The notes under the pieces are model-generated. The model made no database searches. It had not been told where the DNA came from and saw only the letters and a list, made by a program, of their open reading frames with translations. The position numbers were made by a program, and so were the translations under genes. This document shows positions 40,205-49,784 of a stretch of 61,943 bases of DNA, piece by piece. This DNA comes from an uncultured Nitrososphaeria archaeon (GTDB lineage Archaea; Thermoproteota; Nitrososphaeria; Geothermarchaeales; JDFR-13). The stretch covers positions 1 through 61,943 of the forward strand of contig CAZGXJ010000004.1 of assembly GCA_964529905.1 (NCBI GenBank), given 5' to 3'. Position 1 is the first letter of the stretch. Each line of letters starts with the position of its first letter.

Positions 40205-41329
40205 CTATCCACCTCCATATAACTTGTTTAACATATTTATAATTTCATCCTCACCATATTCCAGCTTCTCCAATAAACCCTCGCTTAACATCCTATTCAC
40301 GATCTCCTCAGCCTTTTCACTCCTAATAATTAGTATAACTCCATCTATTCCGTCAACCAGCCCAGCTGAAATATCTGAATACTCCCCAGTCACGTCGTTT
40401 ACCTCCTCAATAGCAGGGTTCACCGCGTCTTTAACATCTTCAAATTTAAATTCGATCCATTTACCATTTGCTTTAAGCCTAATAGATTCGGGGGTATACT
40501 CTACATCCTCTATACTACCCCAATTCACACCATTTTTAACTAGATACTGTGTAAATTTAGATGGTAGGAAGAATTTCCTATGGAAGTATGAGGCCAGAAA
40601 GACAACGGTCCTAAGCAGTTTTGTATGTCCAGCCCATGAAAACCTCCCCCTCCAGATACTCCTAATATGTTCAGGAGGCCCAAGAATAGCTACCTTAGGG
40701 ACCTCAACCCCCTGGAAGAATCCACCCTTCAACTCATCAATTACTCCTCTTAAACCTAGTATGGTGGGTGGCTGGCTAAATACCTTCAACTTCATGTTAT
40801 CAACTTCCTCAGGCTTCAATGCATAGGAAGGTCTAGATTTCCAGCCGATAACCTGGTAGCTTAACAACCCCTCGGTAACGGGTTCATCCCTACCCGCATA
40901 GGCTACAGCACCCCAATACCCATTTTCAAGCCCATACCTAAGTATCTTCTTTAAGACAGCCTCATCTGGAAACGCGTTAACATCGTCCACCTTCTTAACA
41001 GCTATAACCTTTCTATATACACCAAATGGATATCTCCTCTCTACACCAAAGACAAGCTTATCTATCTTAATTTTATCTCCAAACCCATCGAAATCTTCTT
41101 CTGTAGTTCCTGGACATGCATAGTAACAATATCCACATTTTATGCATACCCCCAGAAGTCTTGGGACATCATCCAACATCTGTATAGCATATGTAGGGCA
41201 TACAGAGGCACATGCACTACAATATACACATTTACCCGTCCTAATTATATCCTTCAATAGATTAGCAAATATCTTCCTCTGTGTGATTGGCCCATATGGA
41301 GTTGGCCATAGTTTCAACTCTCCACTCAT
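40205..41329 (-). CDS. FrhB/FpoF(FqoF)-like protein: N-terminal 2x[4Fe-4S] ferredoxin plus degenerate F420-dehydrogenase beta domain
   Basis: CVYCSACASVCP and CIKCGYCYYACP; C-terminal D..GE.SDISAG and IIRSEK.EE pattern of FrhB; first gene of the nuo operon. Confidence 0.78.
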   Translation of the reverse strand: MSGELKLWPTPYGPITQRKIFANLLKDIIRTGKCVYCSACASVCPTYAIQMLDDVPRLLGVCIKCGYCYYACPGTTEEDFDGFGDKIKIDKLVFGVERRYPFGVYRKVIAVKKVDDVNAFPDEAVLKKILRYGLENGYWGAVAYAGRDEPVTEGLLSYQVIGWKSRPSYALKPEEVDNMKLKVFSQPPTILGLRGVIDELKGGFFQGVEVPKVAILGPPEHIRSIWRGRFSWAGHTKLLRTVVFLASYFHRKFFLPSKFTQYLVKNGVNWGSIEDVEYTPESIRLKANGKWIEFKFEDVKDAVNPAIEEVNDVTGEYSDISAGLVDGIDGVILIIRSEKAEEIVNRMLSEGLLEKLEYGEDEIINMLNKLYGGG

Positions 41330-41443
41330 CTTATTCTATACCTCCGCCAATACATCTAATGAGTCTAAAGTCTTTATAGATGTAGTATAGCATAATATAT
41401 ATGTGTATTAGATTTTTAACCTAACGTAAATACATTAAAAGAT

Positions 41444-42040
41444 ATGGATTTTAAAATAGCTATAGAACATCTCGAACCAGTATATAGTCTATGGCTTATC
41501 TATGAATATATCAATGCAAGCAGGTTTCAAAGAGGTGGGATAGCCTATACCAATATAGGTAATCCAAGGGTTAGGAGGATATTAAGTAGGTATGGTTATG
41601 TATATAAGGAGAGAATTGGGGATATCGTAGATAAGGAGCGACTTATAATCCTGGATCCCAATGCGGAGAAAGATATTGAATATAATGAGATAGGTGATAA
41701 GATACTTGTTATTGGTGGAATACTTGGAGATAACCCTCCAAGGGGGAGGACTGAGAAGCTTCTATGGAGTAGATATAGGGGAGCTATAAGGAGAAGGATG
41801 GGGATAGGACAGATGAGTATAGATTCATCCGTATATGTAGCGTCAAAGATCTTAGAAGGTTATAGCCTTAATGATATAGATTTTATTGAGGGATTAACTA
41901 TTGAGACGGATCTAGATGTTATAATACTCCCCTATAGATACCCCCTTGAAAATGGAGAACCTATTATATCACCAGTAATAAGGAAGATAATCCAATTTAT
42001 AGGTCTTTTCCATGAATACTGGCTTAGGACAATTGAATAG
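41444..42040 (+). CDS. SPOUT-family SAM-dependent methyltransferase (Sfm1/DUF431-like)
   Basis: IEHLE, LIILDP.A, VIGGILGD.PPRGRT, QMSID, LPYRYP. Confidence 0.85.
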   Translation: MDFKIAIEHLEPVYSLWLIYEYINASRFQRGGIAYTNIGNPRVRRILSRYGYVYKERIGDIVDKERLIILDPNAEKDIEYNEIGDKILVIGGILGDNPPRGRTEKLLWSRYRGAIRRRMGIGQMSIDSSVYVASKILEGYSLNDIDFIEGLTIETDLDVIILPYRYPLENGEPIISPVIRKIIQFIGLFHEYWLRTIE

Positions 42041-42123
42041 GGAATATAGATATTATTTAAACTGTAAAGACTATTATATATTTAAATTACCTGGGTGAGG
42101 CTTTATTTATTGAGGGGAGTATA

Positions 42124-42312
42124 ATGATAGAAGATCTCGTCTTGATTTTGGGTAATCAGGAATTAATCATACTAGTTATAATATTTGTGATACTCCTTAT
42201 ATGGGGTCCGAGCCAATTACCTAAACTCGCTAGAGCCTTAGGACAGGCAAAGAAGGAGTTTGAAGCAGCCCAGAAGGAGAGTGAAGAGAAGGAGAAAAAA
42301 TCTGAGGAGTAA
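42124..42312 (+). CDS. tatA: Twin-arginine translocase subunit TatA
   Basis: G..EL.I......L.WGP..LP.LARALG.A..EF. Confidence 0.92.
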   Translation: MIEDLVLILGNQELIILVIIFVILLIWGPSQLPKLARALGQAKKEFEAAQKESEEKEKKSEE

Positions 42313-42356
42313 AAAAAATATTAACAGGAATTTAGAGTTGTTTATAAAGAGGGTAT

Positions 42357-44012
42357 TTAATCCTCTCCGCCGAACTCCTCCGTCCCTGAAGGTCCTTTAC
42401 CCTTCTCCTCTTCCTTGAGTCTGCTAGCGGCTATTACGTCGTCTATCCTTAGTATCATTGATGCTACCTCAGTGGCAGCCTTAATCATCTGCTCTTTAAC
42501 TAGTGCTGGCTCGATAACCTCCTTCTCCATCATATCAGCTATCTTACCTGAGGACACGTCTACACCATGCCATGTCTTACCCCTACTATGGGCACTCTTA
42601 AGCTTAACCTCAATATCAATTGTATCCAAGCCAGAGTTCTCCGCTAGAGTCAATGGGATTACTTCAAGGGCATCTGCGAAGGCCTCAGCGGCTAACTGCT
42701 CCCTACCATGTAGCTTCTGAGCCCATTTCCTAACCTCTAGAGCTAATTCAGCCTCTGTTGCACCTCCTCCTGCGACGATCTCAGGCCTTAAAATTATATC
42801 TCTAACCACGTTTAATGCATCTACAAGGCTTCTCTCAGCTTCATCCACTACCCTCTCACTACCACCTCTAACCAGTATGGTGACAGCCCTAGGATTCTTA
42901 CATCCCTCTATAAAGACGAATTTGTCATCCTCGATCTTCCTCTCCTCTACAACATCTGCATATCCAAGGTCATCAGGAGTTAGATCATCTATATTATTTA
43001 CAATCCTAGCACCTGTAGCTTTTGCAAGCTTCTCCATATCACTTTGCTTAACCCTCCTAACAGCCAGTACTCCAGCCTTAGCTAAGTAGTGCTGGGCAAC
43101 ATCGTCTATACCCTTCTGACATATAACTACATTTGCACCCGTAGATGTAATCTTATCAACCATCTCCTTAAGCATCCTCCTCTCTTCCTCTAGGAACATT
43201 CTAATCTGATCAGGAGATGTGATGTTTATCCTTGCGTCGAACTCCGTCTTCTCAATCTCCAATGGAGCATTTATCAATGCAATCTTAGCTTTCTCTATCC
43301 TTCTAGGCATACCACTATGGACAACCTCTTTATCTAATACTACACCATTTACGAAGACCGTATCCTTGATACTCCCACCCGGCTTCTTCTCAATCTTTAC
43401 ATCGTCAAGATCAATCTTTACACCGCTGTCAGTCTTCTGGATAATATGTCTAACAGCCTTGACAGCGATCTCTGCTAGGTAATCCTTATAACCAGCGACA
43501 AGTTTACTGTTCATAGCCGTCTTAGCAGCCTTCTTAAGCGTCTCATCATCATTGGGATCTACCTTGACCGCGATCTTCCTTAAAACCTCTACAGCCTTAT
43601 CAGCAGCCCTCTTATATCCATCGATAATCACTGTTGGATGTACCTCCCTCTCAATCAACTTCTCAGCGTTAGATAGTAACTCCCCAGCTAAGACGACGAC
43701 GGAGGTTGTCCCATCACCCACCTCAGCATCCTGTGCCTTAGCAACTTCTACCATCATCTTGGCTGCAGGATGCTCTATCTCCATCTCCTTAAGCATTGTC
43801 GCACCATCATTTGTTATTACCACATCACCTAGGCTATCTACAAGCATCTTATCCATTCCCTTAGGCCCTAGGCTCGATTTAACTATCTCAGCTACAGTCT
43901 TAGCAGCTAGGATATTCTTCTTCATAGCTTCACGTCCCTTACTCCTAGAAGTACCCTCCTTCAAGATTATTATCGGCTGACCAGCCGCCACCGGATATGC
44001 AGGAGCACTCAT
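42357..44012 (-). CDS. ths: Thermosome (group II chaperonin) subunit
   Basis: [27 protein letters not shown] motifs. Confidence 0.98.
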   Translation of the reverse strand: MSAPAYPVAAGQPIIILKEGTSRSKGREAMKKNILAAKTVAEIVKSSLGPKGMDKMLVDSLGDVVITNDGATMLKEMEIEHPAAKMMVEVAKAQDAEVGDGTTSVVVLAGELLSNAEKLIEREVHPTVIIDGYKRAADKAVEVLRKIAVKVDPNDDETLKKAAKTAMNSKLVAGYKDYLAEIAVKAVRHIIQKTDSGVKIDLDDVKIEKKPGGSIKDTVFVNGVVLDKEVVHSGMPRRIEKAKIALINAPLEIEKTEFDARINITSPDQIRMFLEEERRMLKEMVDKITSTGANVVICQKGIDDVAQHYLAKAGVLAVRRVKQSDMEKLAKATGARIVNNIDDLTPDDLGYADVVEERKIEDDKFVFIEGCKNPRAVTILVRGGSERVVDEAERSLVDALNVVRDIILRPEIVAGGGATEAELALEVRKWAQKLHGREQLAAEAFADALEVIPLTLAENSGLDTIDIEVKLKSAHSRGKTWHGVDVSSGKIADMMEKEVIEPALVKEQMIKAATEVASMILRIDDVIAASRLKEEEKGKGPSGTEEFGGED

Positions 44013-44152
44013 GTTCTCAACCCCTAAATCATATTTTTCACCATATAAAAAGTTGGAAATCCTTTATAAATCTTTCCTTTCAGATGATGAAAAGTATGAA
44101 AAGAAGGAATATTCTTAAATATCTATTAATCGGTTATACTTAGTGATAGTTT

Positions 44153-44395
44153 ATGCTAAACATGATAAAATATCTCCAGTCATTGATAGGTAGAGAGATA
44201 TATGTTAAAACAAAATTCGGTCTGGTGAAGGGAATATTGAGGGAGGTAGGCCACAACGGGGCACTACTCCTAGAGAATTATGAGACTATAGAGGGGAAGA
44301 TAGAGAGTGACTTCCAGGGAAAAACGATATTGATTCGGGGAGATAATATCGTTGCAGTTATGTTGGATATGGAGGAGATTAAGGAGGGTGATTGA
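44153..44395 (+). CDS. Sm-like (LSm) protein
   Basis: L..L.G..I.V......V.G.L.....G.L.LE, IL IRGDNI Sm2 motif. Confidence 0.8.
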   Translation: MLNMIKYLQSLIGREIYVKTKFGLVKGILREVGHNGALLLENYETIEGKIESDFQGKTILIRGDNIVAVMLDMEEIKEGD

Positions 44396-45596
44396 GACAT
44401 TTATACATATAATCTTCCTACTAACCATTCTATCCTCGATATATTACGCATTTAGAGGGGCTAAGGATAGTGGGGAAGAGCCTGAGATAATAGAGACCCC
44501 CCATGTAGCTATAATACTCCCAGTAAAAGACCCTCCTAACCTTGATCCATTAATAGAGGGGATAGATAAAGAAGAACTTGATATAGACCTTCACATAGTA
44601 TATCAGGGGGATAGGCCCCAGATAGGATATCGGGCTGGGAATATCAACGTATATATACATGAGGGGGGTGAAGAGCCCGGATATATAGGAAAAATCGGAA
44701 ATCTGATAAAGCTATTGACTAAATTGGATCTTGAGGGATATGACTATATAGTATTCATAGATGATGATATTATACCCCATAGGGGATGGCTTAGAGAGTT
44801 AATAGGTTTGGCTGAGAAGTATTGTATAGCATCTGGGTATAGGCTATATCTCCCAAAACCACTAAATATAGGTAACATATTTTTATCGGTATGGAATCTA
44901 TACAGCCTAGAGACGATGTATGGAGGAGATAGGATCGTCTGGGGAGGCTCAGCAGCATTTAAAAAATCGGTGTTTAGGAGGGATATATTGAGGAGGCTAT
45001 GGAGAAAAGCGGTATCCGATGACGTTGCATATACACATATAGCAAGATGTAATGGCATAAAGATAGGGTTCAATGAGAAAGTCTTATTGATAAGTAGGCC
45101 ATTTAAGAATCTATGGGAGGCACTTAACTTTATAATTAGGCAACAGAGGATCGTCTATACATATAGCTATAGGCTATGGCTAAAAGGATTGTTGATACAT
45201 CTATATCTAAACCTTTTAACAATAATCCTTCTTCTAAACATCTACCTAACCGTCTTCTTAGGAATAATCAACCCATTCACCATATTAGAAATTATATCGA
45301 TCATCATGCTATACCTATCATATATCCTAAAGGGACATCTAAGAATAGATAGGTTCTCAAAGCTCTTCGGAGAAGAACATATGCGAGAGTTTAGGATATT
45401 TAAATTGGTAAATCTGCTATTTATGCCGATACTTCTGAATATCCAGTCAATACTACTACTAATTTCAAGGGGGGAGACGATATATTGGAGGGGGAGATAC
45501 TATATATTACCTAGACCTGAAGATCTAGGATATAATGAATGTAGATATAGCGTCATAGAGGAACATCCCTGCAAAAAAGAGGAGTATAAAGCCTAG
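44352..45596 (+). CDS. Membrane GT-A glycosyltransferase (GT2/GT21, ceramide-glucosyltransferase/HpnI-like); likely start GTG 44388
   Basis: ILPVK, KI.NL, FIDDD, WGGS, SDD, RQQR motif; N- and C-terminal TM segments. Confidence 0.78.
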   Translation: MQLCWIWRRLRRVIETFIHIIFLLTILSSIYYAFRGAKDSGEEPEIIETPHVAIILPVKDPPNLDPLIEGIDKEELDIDLHIVYQGDRPQIGYRAGNINVYIHEGGEEPGYIGKIGNLIKLLTKLDLEGYDYIVFIDDDIIPHRGWLRELIGLAEKYCIASGYRLYLPKPLNIGNIFLSVWNLYSLETMYGGDRIVWGGSAAFKKSVFRRDILRRLWRKAVSDDVAYTHIARCNGIKIGFNEKVLLISRPFKNLWEALNFIIRQQRIVYTYSYRLWLKGLLIHLYLNLLTIILLLNIYLTVFLGIINPFTILEIISIIMLYLSYILKGHLRIDRFSKLFGEEHMREFRIFKLVNLLFMPILLNIQSILLLISRGETIYWRGRYYILPRPEDLGYNECRYSVIEEHPCKKEEYKA

Positions 45597-46163
45597 AACG
45601 ATGTTTACGATCCTGACTATCCTCCCACCAAATCTTTTAACCCCATATCCAGCCAATATAGATAGAAATGTAAGCCAGAAATAATCCATCCATACATGAG
45701 TTAAGTATATCAGAGGGAGGAAGCCGAATCCTAGAAGCTTCAAAGTATCATATATAAATATCGACCCGATCATCACCCACCATAATATAAAATATGGATT
45801 GAATAGACTGAAGATAAAGCCTATAAGTAGGGGATGCCGAGAATCTCCTCTAGCCTCGAACCATTCAACATCTATCCTAATATGTTGGATAGCTAGATAT
45901 ATCAGGAATAGACCTCCAACTATTAGGAGGAGCCACCTGACCTCCAATACCGACTCTACTGTTAAAAGACCCAAAGCGATTAGATAGAATATCGGTAGCT
46001 CAGCAATCAAATGTCCAGTGGCTGAAAATATACCGGCCTTCCACCCCTCCTTCAGCCCTGCTCCAAAAGTAGCCATAGAAAGTGGACCAGGGGCAAGGGC
46101 TCCTGAGACCGTAAATATCTGTATCTCAAGTATTAATAGCAATACCTCATTTAATGACGCCAT
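45525..46163 (-). CDS. LysE family translocator
   Basis: SGALAPGP, G...G..GH, FNPY..LWW. Confidence 0.9.
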   Translation of the reverse strand: MASLNEVLLLILEIQIFTVSGALAPGPLSMATFGAGLKEGWKAGIFSATGHLIAELPIFYLIALGLLTVESVLEVRWLLLIVGGLFLIYLAIQHIRIDVEWFEARGDSRHPLLIGFIFSLFNPYFILWWVMIGSIFIYDTLKLLGFGFLPLIYLTHVWMDYFWLTFLSILAGYGVKRFGGRIVRIVNIVLGFILLFFAGMFLYDAISTFIIS

Positions 46164-46172
46164 TATATATAT

Positions 46173-46658
46173 TTAAAAATAGTAGCTCATTATATATGCA
46201 TCTTCACCATCCCTATAGTATCCAACAACCCTCTTAGTAATCTTAAAGCCTAATTTCTCGTAAAACTTGATAGCCGGAATATTTGATACCCTCACCTCTA
46301 AATATACATATTCTACGTTGTAGACATCTCGGAGGCTCTTCATAGCACTATTCATCAAAGCTGTACCTATACCCATCCTCCTATAGTTAGGCTTAACAGC
46401 TATAGATACTATATGTCCAACCCTCCTAATTCTAAGGGGGATATCCAATTTAAACTCTTTCTCCACTCTACACATTATATATCCAACTATCTCCTCCCCA
46501 ACCTTAGCAACATAGAATGCATCTCCATAGTCCCTAAATAATGACTCATAGAAATACATTGGATAGTTCTCAGGTAATATAGACTCATTAATAGATTTAA
46601 CTATACCTAACTCCTCATACCTAACCTTCTCTATCCTATACTCTACGATACGGCTCAT
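46173..46658 (-). CDS. GNAT N-terminal protein acetyltransferase (Ard1/RimI-like)
   Basis: LPENYP, GHIVSIAV...YRR.GIG, LEVRVSN..AI.FY, YYRDGEDAY.M. Confidence 0.93.
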   Translation of the reverse strand: MSRIVEYRIEKVRYEELGIVKSINESILPENYPMYFYESLFRDYGDAFYVAKVGEEIVGYIMCRVEKEFKLDIPLRIRRVGHIVSIAVKPNYRRMGIGTALMNSAMKSLRDVYNVEYVYLEVRVSNIPAIKFYEKLGFKITKRVVGYYRDGEDAYIMSYYF

Positions 46659-46760
46659 CCCACAATATTATGTATATCAAAACTTATCTATATTCAAGGA
46701 GCTAATTCATTTTAATATAACCAAGTCATTTCATTTAAGTATTGAAGGGGATAGCTTGAT

Positions 46761-47864
46761 ATGGAGGAGGAGAGATTTTACGATATAGCCCTTTTAGATA
46801 AGATAACAAGTAAATATTTTATCCTGGTAGACAGCTATCTTGAGAATAGGTTATATAGATACATAGTAGAGTATACAGATGACTTTAAAGACAAGTTCTT
46901 CAGATATAATGAGGAGTTAAAGGAGAATGGATATATAGCATTATCGGATAAAGATCCCTATGGAAGGATAAAACTTACTATAACTAGGTACCCCTTCGTA
47001 GCATCCAAACCAAGTAGGAAGCCATTAATACTCTTCATATTAACAATGATATTCATATCTATAGATGCATATTATAGAAGTTTTAACACCATTTTAATAG
47101 ATATCATCCCAGGGTATAACCCAATATTGACCGCTGTATTGTATGGATTAGGCTTGATATCTATAATAGGTATTCATGAGCTAGGCCATCTCCTAATGAT
47201 TAGGAAATACGGTGTGGATGCATCCCTACCATACTTCATACCAGGGATACCAGTATTCGGACTACCTACATTTGGAGCAGTTATATCGCAGAGGGAGCCT
47301 CCAAATAATAGAGACGCCCTATTTGACATAGGTTTGGCTGGACCATTAGCAGGTCTTATACCTACATTCCTAATAATGTTCTATTCCATACCATCTACAC
47401 CAGTTCTCTCAAGAGCTGAGCTAACACAGCTTATAAATAAGTATCAAGTTTCATTAACCCCTATGCCGACTCCATGGCTATATCTAAAGATATTAAGCCT
47501 ATTCAAGACCATAGGTCCAAACGACACCGTATTACTTCCCCCATTAGCCTTCGTAGCACTACTGGGATTCCTAATAACGGGCCTAAACTTGATCCCTGCA
47601 TGGCAATTGGATGGTGGACACTTAGCTAGGGCAATATTTGGTGAGGAAAACCATAGAATAATTACTTTGATAGCTATAGGTCTACTATTCTTCATAGGTT
47701 TTATCCCATTCGCCCTATTAATCCTCTTCTTCTACTTCCTAACTGGTGGAAGGAGTGTAAGGCCTTTAAACGATATTACACCATTATCTACGGGGAGGAA
47801 GATATTGTATGTAATATCCCTTATACTTGGCATACTCATGCTTCCCCTTCCACTTCCTCTCTAA
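46761..47864 (+). CDS. Site-2 protease (M50 family zinc metalloprotease)
   Basis: HELGH, GTFGA.I, IG.AGP, NLIPAWQLDGGH. Confidence 0.94.
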   Translation: MEEERFYDIALLDKITSKYFILVDSYLENRLYRYIVEYTDDFKDKFFRYNEELKENGYIALSDKDPYGRIKLTITRYPFVASKPSRKPLILFILTMIFISIDAYYRSFNTILIDIIPGYNPILTAVLYGLGLISIIGIHELGHLLMIRKYGVDASLPYFIPGIPVFGLPTFGAVISQREPPNNRDALFDIGLAGPLAGLIPTFLIMFYSIPSTPVLSRAELTQLINKYQVSLTPMPTPWLYLKILSLFKTIGPNDTVLLPPLAFVALLGFLITGLNLIPAWQLDGGHLARAIFGEENHRIITLIAIGLLFFIGFIPFALLILFFYFLTGGRSVRPLNDITPLSTGRKILYVISLILGILMLPLPLPL

Positions 47865-48804
47865 CACATATACTTGGATATAGCAGATACAGATCCTCTA
47901 TCACCAATATATCCCTCTTTTTAGACATAGGGATCCTGGCAAGAAACCTCTCAGGATTATTCGTCTTGGAAAAACCAATTAGAGACAATATCGTTTTAGG
48001 TATTGATCCATAATGTATAATATTTATGTTTCTCAATGACTCTATAGAATATGCTAGATATAGCTGATCAACATTTTCGGCTTTATCAATGGATAGATCC
48101 TTCAAAATAGTTGGGTCTAAATTATGGAGGTTAACACCAGCGACAGTTAATACACCTACCTCTGGATCCGCTATGATTGGTATCTTACTAAGTGAAGCTA
48201 GATATAATATGAGGCTTCTATCCCATGGGAATCCACCCATACTGGCTATAATCAATGGTGACGGCTCACTTCTTAAACACCATCCACTAGAATACACATT
48301 TAATATATCCTTATAATGGCTTCCATCCCTGGATGCATATATGTCATATATCCTGGCTCCTCCGTCCAATAGCAAATCTATATATAGCTTATCACCCGTA
48401 ATCCTATTGGGGATCTTCTCCTCTTTGACCATATAACCTTTAAGCTTTCCGAGTGGATCATCATGGAGTTCATCAACCCAAATAGAGGATCTAAATCCAA
48501 TTAATGGGTCGAACCTAAAAATATCTATTGCTATATCAGCCTTACCGGGTTCATCCACCTCTATATATCTTATCCCACGCCTAGTCAAAACACCCCTAAT
48601 AAAATCCCTCTCAACGTTGTCCGCATAGATGGGAATATATATTTTAGGTTCTTTAAATCTTGAGAGTATTAGATCTAGCTTCTCCAATGCATACTTCTCA
48701 ATCCTTGATGGATAAATAGTCTTAGGCATTATCTTAAGGTTTATTGGGTCTGGAAGCATTATAGGTATCTCGGTATCTCTATATGGTAGCCAAACCTCAA
48801 CCAT
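47836..48804 (-). CDS. Highly divergent lactate racemase (LarA/DUF2088)-like protein
   Basis: N-terminal V.LPY..TE, central DP..GF.SS and S.GG.P.D..L resemble LarA segments. Confidence 0.45.
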   Translation of the reverse strand: MVEVWLPYRDTEIPIMLPDPINLKIMPKTIYPSRIEKYALEKLDLILSRFKEPKIYIPIYADNVERDFIRGVLTRRGIRYIEVDEPGKADIAIDIFRFDPLIGFRSSIWVDELHDDPLGKLKGYMVKEEKIPNRITGDKLYIDLLLDGGARIYDIYASRDGSHYKDILNVYSSGWCLRSEPSPLIIASMGGFPWDRSLILYLASLSKIPIIADPEVGVLTVAGVNLHNLDPTILKDLSIDKAENVDQLYLAYSIESLRNINIIHYGSIPKTILSLIGFSKTNNPERFLARIPMSKKRDILVIEDLYLLYPSICVREEVEGEA

Positions 48805-48843
48805 ATAAACACCTTAACAAATACCTCAACATATTTATTTTAT

Positions 48844-49410
48844 GTGGTCAAGATTATAAAGAAGGGTTCAAGGATATTCTCAGTTACTGAGAGCTTTAAG
48901 AGGGGAAGGAGATACTCTGTATTATCAGGTATAGTATATAGGATAGACGGATTGATAGATGGCGTCTATCTAATCTATAATACTATAGGAGGTATGGATT
49001 CAACGGATAACATACTTAAAATGATTAATGGAAGTGGTAGGGAGGATATAAATTACATCTTAATATCTGGAGCAGTTATTAGCTGGTTCAACATAGTTGA
49101 TCTTGAGAGGATATATATTGAGACCGGAATACCAGTTATATCCATAACATATGAGGAGAGTGAGGGGATCTTTCCATATCTACAGAAATACTTTAATGAC
49201 TGGGAAGATAGACTCCTAATGTATATAAGGTTGGGGGATAGATATCCATATAGATTGAAGACGGGCTATACAATATATCTAAGGACCTTTGGGATAGATG
49301 TAGATATAGCAGGTAAAATACTTGACGAGATAACAGTTGAGGGTAGATACCCCGAACCCGTTAGGATAGGCCGTATGGTTGCATCTGCTGTAAACAAGTT
49401 ATGTCTCTAG
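48844..49410 (+). CDS. DUF99 family protein (endonuclease dU/EndoV-like fold)
   Basis: R....ESF, GG.D.T, WFNIVD...I...T..PVI, PEP.R.....A. Confidence 0.85.
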   Translation: MVKIIKKGSRIFSVTESFKRGRRYSVLSGIVYRIDGLIDGVYLIYNTIGGMDSTDNILKMINGSGREDINYILISGAVISWFNIVDLERIYIETGIPVISITYEESEGIFPYLQKYFNDWEDRLLMYIRLGDRYPYRLKTGYTIYLRTFGIDVDIAGKILDEITVEGRYPEPVRIGRMVASAVNKLCL

Positions 49411-49485
49411 ATCAACGTTAGATTTATATAGTTATGAATACCCGAATCTATATGGAGACAACTGTTCTTTTGAGGGCTATGTATT

Positions 49486-49782
49486 ATGAGGGGTAGAATG
49501 ATAGAGCCGGGCGAAGTTGAATTCTGTACACCCTTCTGTAGATTCTTTAGGTGCACTAATAGATCTCTTTTAATACTTAGGGATAAGAGGATATGTAAAC
49601 TTGTGAATGACGACTGCGATCCCCTACCATGTAAATTCCCAGCATGTTCAATAAATAAGCTTCTCCCAGATGGGAGATGTGGACTATATGTCGAGAGGAG
49701 GATGAGAAGTAGGAAGAGGATAAGCAGCTTAGAGAGAATACAGATAAGTGATATAGAGGACTATGATAAATATATCCGTTAG
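49486..49782 (+). CDS. Small Cys-rich hypothetical protein
   Basis: Eight Cys in C.P.C.FF.C...C....D.C....C.F..C...LLPDG.C pattern. Confidence 0.7.
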   Translation: MRGRMIEPGEVEFCTPFCRFFRCTNRSLLILRDKRICKLVNDDCDPLPCKFPACSINKLLPDGRCGLYVERRMRSRKRISSLERIQISDIEDYDKYIR

Positions 49783-49784
49783 TT

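Noticed and set aside
41331-41393. 20-codon minus-strand ORF (MLYYIYKDFRLIRCIGGGIE) just upstream of the FpoF-like gene
   Set aside because: Too short to support; its GGAGGT is better explained as the ribosome-binding site of the next gene.
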